Below, piece after piece: positions 30,405 to 39,235 of a DNA stretch of 64,000 bases. The notes under the pieces are model-generated. The model did not search any database. It saw only the letters and a list, made by a program, of their open reading frames with translations, and had not been told where the DNA came from. Numbering within the stretch: position 1 is the stretch's first letter; every line of letters begins with the position of its first letter. The stretch is from contig CM000431.1 of NCBI GenBank assembly GCA_000165345.1, positions 576,001 to 640,000 on the forward strand, read 5' to 3'. The translations under genes and the position numbers were made by a program.

Positions 30405-32759
30405 TTAAAATTTACAGTATCTACTAGCAATATCCAATATTTTTCTGTAGACTAAATCAATGAAGCAACTTTCTAGATTCGAGGGAATACCATTGTTAGA
30501 GTATTCAATTAGTAGCTTTAAAATAAGAAAACCTAAGTCATTTGCGATCCCCTTAGCAACTGACGGTGTGAATCTCTGTTCGATGTAAGACGCAACGTCC
30601 TCGATTAGCCTATCAATCCTATCTGGGGAAACTTTAATTGGCACCTTCTTCGAGAATCTAGCCAATAGAGGCCCCAAGTGAAAGTTTAGCATATTAACAA
30701 CTTCTCTTAAGTTCCATTCGCCGCAGCCTGGAAGAGACAAATGAATGAAGAATCTGTAGGGCTACACAAGTTATTTCAGCTAAAAGACATCGGTGGATTT
30801 AAATAACAGCTCAGACAAATGCCTCGATTGTAATCAACACTAGCCATATGGCTAATGCAATTGATACAAGATAACTGGCAAACCCTTCGATAAGCCCGCT
30901 ATTATATCAAATTCATGCTCGTCATCTGATTTATCATCATTACCAGATAAATCCACGCAAGAAACAACATACCTGAAACATTCTGGTGCAAACAATATTT
31001 TTACTTGTAGATGTGCCAAAAATCATTATTTCTGAATGCATCCATTTGTTCGAACGAGATATAATATCAAAAAAAAACATCAATGAAAGAAGCGTATTGT
31101 TTTCTTCTAGCAAATACTGATCTATATCTTCAATGACCAATATATATTTACGTTTTCTTGTACAAACATCAATAATTTCTTTCAAGTATCTTTCAAAAAA
31201 TCCAATAGTTGCGTTGAAAATGTCTGCAGTATGTACGTATTTAATACTATAGTTTAAAGAGTCGGCAATTGAAGAGACGAGAAAGCTCTTACCTAAACGG
31301 TGATAAATATTTGTTAAATTAAATACAGGCATCAAATTTAAGGCTCAAATTTTCAACATGAAGAATTAGTGACCTATCATATAGTTATTTTCTCATTTGC
31401 CTGACTAAAATAAAACTTACCACAACCCTTGTCACCGAAAACAATAATACCAGACGCTTCATTAAAAACTATAGGAAGTCGAAAGTTCGATATTTCTGAA
31501 TATGAAATACAGGGGAGCAAAAGATTCTTTATTTTGTGAATTACTTGGCCAAAGCCAGTCATTTGAATTAATCCATTTTTGCATGAACCGCTCTCTCTAT
31601 CACAGCTAGAATCACAAATTGTACAATTTGAATTACTGACTGATTTATTCAATCTCCTGATAACGAAGTTAAAATAATATAAAAATACATTAAAAAAGTC
31701 AGGTATTACACCATTGAGGACTATTGCAACAAATCTACCGCACGAAACAGTGTATGGAATATCATGCAGTTCTTCATTTAAAACGTCAGCGATGCGAACC
31801 AGGTCAATCTCATTTACAATGAATTTCAATTCTTCATTGGATAAAGCCATAATATATTTGGAGTGAATGCTAGAAATTTTTTCCATCAGACAATTCAGAG
31901 AAATTTCATTTATATCATATCTTTTATAAATTAAGAACCTTAATAAGGAAATTTTATCGATCTGGAGCGAGAAGTTTCTGAAATCTATTTCAAAAAATTC
32001 TCCATATCCATACTTAAATATATATCTTATATCCATAGTCTTTGACTGTAAAATCTTATTCGATGTGCCATAGTCATCTGGGTCTATATCCGAAATAAAA
32101 AATGAAACAATTGGAATATTTTTGTTATCCCAAATACGGATAAATTTAGAGATCAAATTAAGAATAACTATTTGTTTTGAAACATCACCATAGTAGTTAC
32201 TATTTGGTCCTGTGTAATATTTATTTGGATTTGCACTTCTAAAACAAACCAATATGGCAGGAGGGGAAAAAGGTCCACTGCATAATGAGTCTCTTAAGCG
32301 CACCCCTACTTTTGATATAGACGTTAATTTATTATTCAAATAATAAATCTTCTTGTCAAAACAATCAGTAGTTCTCGTATCAATAAAATATTCATCAATT
32401 GATATATTGAAAGTCACGGGATTAAAGGATTTTGAGTTTTCAAAGTAACAAATCTTTGAGAAGCTAGATAACAATTCTCTTGCAAAGTATCTCTTTCCAG
32501 ATCCACTATTACCTATTAGAATCAAAACTTTCGGAAGTCTGTCAATGAAAAGGTTAATACCCACTTCAGTCGTGTCAATATCACAAAAATTAGTCTCATA
32601 TCTTTTTAGCAACAATAGATAGAATATCGACCCAATTTTTTCAAAGAAATCATCAAGCAATGGGCCGCCTACAAATGATTCATCCAGTTCCAATCTCCAT
32701 TTAAAAAGAAAAAAGGAGATCCATCTCAGAGGAATCTCGTCGTACTTGTCCCAATACAT
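30405..32759 (-). CDS. Divergent ORC1/Cdc6-like AAA+ ATPase with two tandem P-loop modules; at least 3 exons (32759..31421, 31292..30973, 30761..30405), 3' end uncertain
   Basis: Walker A GNSGSGKR in module 1. In module 2 Walker A is GDKGCG|KS, split by a 128-nt GTAAGT..TTTAG intron, and Walker B is YILVIEDID. ORC/Cdc6-type wording LLSLMFFFDIISRSNKWMHSEIMIFGTSTSKN and CTRMFQ|PYRFFIHL is split by a 211-nt GTATGT..TAG intron (compare ORC1 LGLTRMCFQPYTY). Intron positions are supported by restored motif continuity. Further 3' exons are possible (see ORF 29892..30140). Confidence 0.5.
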
Positions 32760-32867
32760 AAATCGAACGAAGAGTCAGAAGTCCATACTTGACGAAATTT
32801 GAAAACTGTAACAAATCAAACTGCTAGGAGACCTATGTAATAAGTAGAACAAGACATTGTCTACCTG

Positions 32868-32875
32868 TTGGCGCA
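32868..32875. promoter_or_regulatory. TTGGCGCA box followed by A14, upstream of the ORC/Cdc6-like gene
   Basis: tgttggcgcaaaaaaaaaaaaaa, about 110 nt upstream of the ATG at 32759 (minus strand). Confidence 0.3.
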
Positions 32876-32979
32876 AAAAAAAAAAAAATCGTAATTGTAA
32901 CGAACATATAAGAGAATAAATACGAAGGAAACTAAAAATGTCCGTATTGGCTTTGCGTTCCAAGAAATATATTCATTAT

Positions 32980-33373
32980 TTAATAATGACTTTTATTATT
33001 GAAAAACAGCACTGTTAAATATCTATTTAATGTTAACCTCTCAAATTAGATTTAAATTAACATACCTTCCAGAAACTTGAAAACCAGAAAGCTGTTTCAG
33101 CGCACTTTTTGCATCCTCAATCTCATCATATACTACAAATGCTGTGCCCTTTGTATCTTCACCTACACCTCTATTTCAGACTCTTCATGAACAAGAAATT
33201 TTGTTAGCCTTACCTTCTTATTTGTCTAATTGTTCCATGTCTCCCAAAAATGTCGTAGAGATCGGTAGAAGAGATATCATATGGAAGTTGCCTAAGGTAA
33301 ATAATAGATGAATTTAAAACAATGCATTTTACATTTCGTACCTTACATATAGAATTCGGCTATTATTAGACAT
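32980..33373 (-). CDS. SF3B6: Splicing factor 3B subunit 6 (SF3b14a/p14) RRM protein, 4 exons (33373..33342, 33291..33214, 33170..33066, 33022..32980); introns 50, 43, 43 nt
   Basis: Absent from the ORF track. Spliced product [85 protein letters not shown] aligns along its length with human SF3B6 ([76 protein letters not shown]). Donors AG|GTACGA, AG|GTAAGG, AG|GTATGT; acceptors ..CCTTAG, ..GAAATAG, ..TAAATAG. Confidence 0.8.
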
Positions 33374-33547
33374 TGAGTAGTTTAAACTAAACAAAATCGG
33401 ATAATGCCTTAGTAATATATTCTTAATGTTATAAAAGTTACCTTAAATAATACTATTATATTGCCATAGCTTAAAATTAATGTCAATAATAGTAATAGTT
33501 CAAATATAGGCGGTGTGTAAGTAGCGCTTTCCTACACACAATTTTAC

Positions 33548-33556
33548 TCGCGCGTG
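33548..33556. promoter_or_regulatory. TCGCGCGTG box in the divergent SF3B6/PDE spacer
   Basis: GC box about 80 nt upstream of the PDE ATG. Confidence 0.3.
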
Positions 33557-33631
33557 CAACGTAGAAGTTATAATATTGCGGAATGTCGCACCATCGATTT
33601 CCTCTAATCCTCATCTAAGGATAATTTCAAG

Positions 33632-36625
33632 ATGAGTGGGTTAGCCAGCTCTCCCTCTATTGGGAAGACAATACTATTTGAGAAGAATAACGATTGGGGG
33701 CTTAATTTTGATTTGGGCGAGCTCGAAATATATGAAAATCAGGACTTAAAAACTAGACTAAAGGAATTAATTTCGCCATTCGAAAACACATTTTCTTCTG
33801 TATCTACTCTAGAATACTTGCATCCATTTACATTGAAGTTCCGAAGCGAGATTTTGGAAAAGAAATTTGAAAAAAAATTTAGAAAAAGAACAGAAATTGG
33901 TATTTTTTGGATTGGATTGCTAACATTATTTTTAATAATCTTGGATATCTTATTAGAAGTTTACAATCAAAAAGTAAATGAAGTTTCTAATAGTTCAGTA
34001 ACTGCTTATTTTATAATTTGTGGTGTAGTTGCAACATGCTCATTATTTCTAATCATATCATTTTTCGTCAATTTCTTAAATAAACATTTGGAAGTTATAT
34101 TTACATCAACTACAATAATAACAACAATACTTAATATTACAGCAGGAAATTTATTACTAGATGTCTCACTTTCCCCTAATAATAACTACGATCCTGCTGT
34201 CCAGAATTCCAGATCACTTATTGTAATCACAATTTGCTCGATTCTGCATTTTATGTTACCAATTTCTTTTATGAGTATATTAATTTATTCAATAACGAGT
34301 ATCTCATTCTATATTATATTGGTCCCTTCTATGCTGATGCCTATTCCTAACGAAACTCAATACGTATCCACAACAATTTATCTTTTTGTGTTCTGTTTTG
34401 TATGTATTTTGGCTAAAAGAGTTAACGTGAGCTCTTCTAGAAGAGACTTTTTTAACATTAATTTAGTTAAAGCAGAAATGCAAATATTGGAGAATTCTAT
34501 GAATCAAACACCTAAATCTACAATGATCGAAGGAACATTAGCTAACATCAATAAGGTTCAACTATTTCTTCGCTATTTAAATACTTCCTGCACAAAGGGA
34601 ATAAATCGTAAAATGTTACATGACGCAATGGTAGACCTGACTTCTGCTCAAGTCACTTTATGTAGGTCAGATGATATTTATGCAGTTGATCCAGTTGCGA
34701 TTTTCCTACCGCAGTCACTTCAGTCAAATGTGCCGCAAACCCCTAGACAATCTAAGGTTAGAATAATAGGTAGTGGAGATGTAACTCCAAAAGAAAATTG
34801 CTCTCCAACTGCTTCTCAAAAGATAAAACAAGAGTTGGGTATATCTTATGATGTTAGAATTCCTATATCTCCTAATTCTCCAAAGTCAATGGGGCAGTTT
34901 TTATCTCCAAAGTCGCACGAGAACAAGTCAAGTTATATAAGCGTTGATTCCATATCAGCCAGAAGGAATACAGAATCAAGGGCTACTGTTACATCGATTC
35001 CTGGCCCTTCTCGTCGAAGACTCTCAATGATGATTGCTACTGCAGGAGAGAACTCTTCAACACTTATTGATCCGTCCGTTGAAAAGGTGAGAGAGTATAT
35101 TACTGCAGAATTTACTAAATCGTCTGCATCTAGAAGAGAGGTTTTATATGCTTCTAAAGTTTTTGATGGACCGGCCGCAAACCCAAGCAATACTAATGAA
35201 AAGATCAAGACTACATCTCAAAATTTGGATACAAATCATATAGTGGAAAGTATGATTTCCCGTCAAGGACCCTTAGATGAACCTGCAGTTGGTGGAGATA
35301 TTGAAGATAATTATAGACATCTTTTAAAGAATAAGCGTAAGATAGCTCACTTCGCAACTCATCTAGCTTCAAAACTCATTTCTATTAAAGATCCTTCTGG
35401 AACAATCTCATTATTAAGTCAATCATATTTTAATGAAACTAATCCACATAATTTTACGCTACCTGAACTTCCCAAAGGTGTTGGTACAGAACTTCATTCT
35501 GATTTAGATAGGGCATTGCAACTTATGAATAACCAGTATTCTTCTAATTGGGATTTGGACATGTGGAGGCTAAACGAATTAACAAAAGGTAATTGCCTTT
35601 CAGTGGCAGGACTATATATGCTACACTTGATTGCATTAGAAGAAAAAAACCAGGAATCTGGCTTTGATTCATCTAACTTGCCTAGGGGAATTACTACAGC
35701 ATATTCTTCTTCAATTACTGCTCCTTCGAAGCTAATTGGCAATATATCCAAATTCAATATATTTTTTCGAGAATTAAATATTAGATACCTCAACAATAAA
35801 TACCATAACGAATTACACGGCACTAACGTATGCCATCTTGCAATTTGCCTATCAAGAGCGACTGGATTATGGAGCCATTTAGACACTGTAGAGAGGCTTG
35901 CCTCAGTTATTGCATCTCTTGGGCATGATGTAGGCCATATTGGTAGAACAAGCAATTTTCTTGTAAATTCAAGACATATGCTTGCAATTAATTATAATGA
36001 TCGATCTGTCCTTGAAATGTTCCATGCATCCCTAACGTTTCGGATAATCTACTATTATGGAGGCGGAGCTGCTGATTTTTTGCAAAGTTGGGACGCAGAA
36101 CTCCACAAAGAATTTAGAAGAATAGTTATTGAATTAATATTAGAGACAGATATGCATAGGCATTTTGAATGCGTTTCTAGGTTTAGAGTGAGAAGGCAAG
36201 CAGTTGATTGGGACCCATACGGAGATGCTCAAGATAGGCTAATGCTTGCTAGGACATGTTTAAAAGCTGCAGATATCGGACATGGAGCATTGAAATGGAA
36301 TCAACACTATAAGTGGTGCAGATCTGTTGTAGAAGAATTTTTCCTACAAGGAGATGAGGAGAAAGCATTATCGCTGCCCATTTCTCCAATTTGTGATAGG
36401 GAATCTACAGATGTACCAAAGTCGCAGGTTGGATTTTTAAATTTTGTTTGTCTTCCATTGTTCCAAGAATTATGCTATGTAGATGTGGAGGGTGATGTGA
36501 GAAGATGTATTGATCGAATTTTGGAAAATATTAATAACTGGGAAGACATAGCTGAGGCAGGCATTCAGTGGGATAGTGAAGATGCATTAACATTTGTTTC
36601 AGATGAAAAAGCTGATTTACAATAG
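33632..36625 (+). CDS. 3',5'-cyclic nucleotide phosphodiesterase with an N-terminal multi-pass transmembrane region (apicomplexan-type PDE)
   Basis: PDEase signature YHNELHGTNV...LGHDVGHIGRTSNFLVNS (HD..H......N.F motif) in the C-terminal half. Several hydrophobic helices between residues ~90 and 250. Confidence 0.8.
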   Translation: MSGLASSPSIGKTILFEKNNDWGLNFDLGELEIYENQDLKTRLKELISPFENTFSSVSTLEYLHPFTLKFRSEILEKKFEKKFRKRTEIGIFWIGLLTLFLIILDILLEVYNQKVNEVSNSSVTAYFIICGVVATCSLFLIISFFVNFLNKHLEVIFTSTTIITTILNITAGNLLLDVSLSPNNNYDPAVQNSRSLIVITICSILHFMLPISFMSILIYSITSISFYIILVPSMLMPIPNETQYVSTTIYLFVFCFVCILAKRVNVSSSRRDFFNINLVKAEMQILENSMNQTPKSTMIEGTLANINKVQLFLRYLNTSCTKGINRKMLHDAMVDLTSAQVTLCRSDDIYAVDPVAIFLPQSLQSNVPQTPRQSKVRIIGSGDVTPKENCSPTASQKIKQELGISYDVRIPISPNSPKSMGQFLSPKSHENKSSYISVDSISARRNTESRATVTSIPGPSRRRLSMMIATAGENSSTLIDPSVEKVREYITAEFTKSSASRREVLYASKVFDGPAANPSNTNEKIKTTSQNLDTNHIVESMISRQGPLDEPAVGGDIEDNYRHLLKNKRKIAHFATHLASKLISIKDPSGTISLLSQSYFNETNPHNFTLPELPKGVGTELHSDLDRALQLMNNQYSSNWDLDMWRLNELTKGNCLSVAGLYMLHLIALEEKNQESGFDSSNLPRGITTAYSSSITAPSKLIGNISKFNIFFRELNIRYLNNKYHNELHGTNVCHLAICLSRATGLWSHLDTVERLASVIASLGHDVGHIGRTSNFLVNSRHMLAINYNDRSVLEMFHASLTFRIIYYYGGGAADFLQSWDAELHKEFRRIVIELILETDMHRHFECVSRFRVRRQAVDWDPYGDAQDRLMLARTCLKAADIGHGALKWNQHYKWCRSVVEEFFLQGDEEKALSLPISPICDRESTDVPKSQVGFLNFVCLPLFQELCYVDVEGDVRRCIDRILENINNWEDIAEAGIQWDSEDALTFVSDEKADLQ

Positions 36626-36636
36626 ACAAGATTATA

Positions 36637-38923
36637 TTATAGAAAAGTTAATGATAGTGCTAGTATTAAGGGTGATAGTAATCCTATCAGCAAATGTTTG
36701 AACATTGTTGATTTCAAGCACCTATCATCCCTAAATAAATGAAATAAATTTTCCGTAAAAATTTCATAAAAATTCTTCCCGTTGTAATTACACATATTTT
36801 TTTCTATTTTAATTTCCACCCAACTGATCCACTGCAAAATAGGGATACTTTTAATTATTTTATACTGTTTTGAAACCTGGTCAAAACCATCCAATGATAA
36901 CCTATTACAGAAATTATTTATCTCTGCTGAAAAATATTGTTTATTACGACAAAATATCTCGTTCCCTAAAACGGAGTTCCAAATAGATGCAGAATTTTTC
37001 GCTTTGCTAATATCGAAACCAAGATTATAAATAAAATGTTTTGAATTTAAAATATTTGCAATATCTATCAAAAAATATCTTGTCTTCATTGCTATTTTTG
37101 ATAAAATACATGCATAGTAGTCTCCTTTCTTTTTATAACAACAAAAATTTAATAAAATCACCAGGAAAATTGTCCAGATTATAAATTTTCGAAAAGCTGA
37201 AGAATCCATGATAAAAATAATAAATAGAATGATGGGAATAATAAAAACCAAAATGCTGAAATTTTTTGTTGAAAGAATAATTGAGAAGGCAATTAGAAAT
37301 ATTTTATTCATTATCTTAATAGAATTAATAATATCTTTGTATGCGCTACTATTCTTTTGAACATTAAATAGTTTAATGAATATATTAATGCTTGAAGTAA
37401 CAAAAAATGTGATGAAGAAGACCACAAAAGTTAATGCAATAAACAAGGGCCACAAGTTTGTATATTCGGATTCAGATAAATTGGAGCAATCAAATAAAGA
37501 ATTACCAATTTTATCAAATAAATGCACAACCAAGAGTATTATTGGAGCAGTTATTGAAATCAAACAAGCTATTAGAATAATTCCAATAAGTAGAATACTG
37601 CTTTCTTTTGATATTTGTGCTAATATTCCGATCGAAAATGATATTAACATCAGAATAATTGGGACTAAATAAATACCAAAGTTTAGTGTTGAAAAATATG
37701 ATGTAAAATAGTATTTGTTACTTGATTGATGCAATTCATCATGAAGGTTACTTTGAATCTTAACAATACCTTCTAAAAATTTATAAATCTCAAATTGTTG
37801 AATTGGAAATATTGAAATGAACTCGTTCGCATCATTGCTGTCCTTAAAATGATCCCAAATTTCATTATTCGCTATCGAAAATTCATCAACCAAAGAAAGT
37901 GTAAATGAATTGATATTATTTTGCAAAAATCGACTGTGAGGTTTATACGATCCTTTATTAAACGCTTGCCTGAAGCAATTATTTGGCAAATTAATGGTTT
38001 TTAAAAGCTTACCTTGCAATTGAATCCCAAAAATTCCTTGTAATTATAGATATAGGAGGATAGGTGAAGCTTGATTCAACTTCCCTAATAACAGAATTGG
38101 GGAAATCTTGATTAGTTTGTAGTCCATCCATAGATTCTACTAAAAGTTAGAAATTAACATACATGATTGAATCAACTTACCGATGTCAATAAAGACTCTT
38201 GTTGGAGTTAACGATAATATTTCAATACAAATTGCAGTTCGTATTCTACCATTGTATTTTAGCAGTCTTTGGTCAATTGCCAGATCCTTCAGAAATGAGT
38301 TAATTCCCATTGAATTTGGAATGTTCGAATCCGTAAAAAGTAGAATTATGTCTTTCGAAGTCCAGTAAATCTTTTCAAAATGTTTGGAAAGAGGAATAAT
38401 TAAGCCTGCTGCACTACCCAGTTCATCTTTTCCATCTTTATATTTCCATGGAAAGGAAATAGAAATTATTATTACTTCTGAAGAATCGCCTCTTTTTGAT
38501 GGAACTACAGCTGCAATATACCCGGAACTTAAGAGGTATAAATCTTTATATCTGTATGAAGAGAAGTTTTTATTTTTTATTATATCAATGTCTCCAGAAT
38601 CATCGCATTCAATGCAGTGAGTGTCCCTTGCGATAGAATTAATTATGCTTTGCGCAACCAATTCAGCGTTACCCGATTTTTGAGAAGTTAGTATCTCTTG
38701 GGTTACTTTCTTATATTCAAGTACGATGCTGCGGTCAACTGTAGCCTTATTTACTCCTTCAGAAAACCCACTTTCTTTTACTTGCGTAACTTTATCAAAG
38801 CCTGGAAGAGATAAAAGAAATAAAACCCCAATAAGCAACAGAGTTAATCTATAAAGATAAGAATGTAGTTGAATTTGAAAGCTTACGCACTTACCTGATT
38901 AATCCAACCGTAGTAAAGCTCAT
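36637..38923 (-). CDS. GPAA1: GPI transamidase component GAA1/GPAA1, 4 exons (38923..38895, 38848..38181, 38139..38013, 37969..36637); introns 46, 41, 43 nt
   Basis: GLIIPLSKHFEKIYWTSKDIILLFTDSN matches human [53 protein letters not shown] matches [23 protein letters not shown]. Multi-TM C-terminus. The only in-frame ATG is in a 29-nt first exon (MSFTTVGLI|R) joined by GTAAGT...CTTTATAG. Two internal GTAAGT/GTAAGC introns restore the frame between track ORFs 38140..38838 and 36637..38019. Confidence 0.75.
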
Positions 38924-38970
38924 ATCCAGCACAGTTGTAATTATTAAGGTATTTTACCCTTTGTATTTGT

Positions 38971-38976
38971 GCGCGC
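38971..38976. promoter_or_regulatory. GCGCGC box in the divergent GPAA1/DDX54 spacer
   Basis: ttgtgcgcgcatg, about 50 nt upstream of the GPAA1 first exon. Confidence 0.3.
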
Positions 38977-39235
38977 ATGAGAAGCTTACAGTTTATACCT
39001 CGTAAAAATTGAAAGTAATGTGGAATTTAATTTATAATAAATGTAATATAGATTTTCACATAACACCAAAGAGACCATTTCTTTTTGGTTGCAACATATT
39101 TGCGATATTTTTGTCCGATTATACATAATTATTGTATTAATTTTTTTTTGAAATTTAGAATTTTAACACATCTTGCCCGCAAAACAATTATCTCTTTTAC
39201 CGCACAAGCAAATTGTCATTTTTGACGAATATTAA

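Noticed and set aside
30762-30972. Alternative 47-nt intron after the ..TRMFQ donor (acceptor AAATCAG at about 30926)
   Set aside because: It would terminate the protein after 7 codons and lose the PYRFFIHLSLPG box that completes the ORC/Cdc6 motif. The 211-nt intron was preferred despite being atypically long. A mini-exon model cannot be excluded.
37376-37672. Plus-strand 98-aa ORF
   Set aside because: It is antisense to the transmembrane half of GPAA1.
37970-38180. Single 144-nt intron joining the two GPAA1 ORFs (donor 38180, acceptor 38037)
   Set aside because: It is frame-compatible, but the alternative of two introns (41 and 43 nt) with GTAAGT/GTAAGC donors matches the dominant local intron size class and leaves an open 42-codon middle exon. 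It is kept only as a fallback model.
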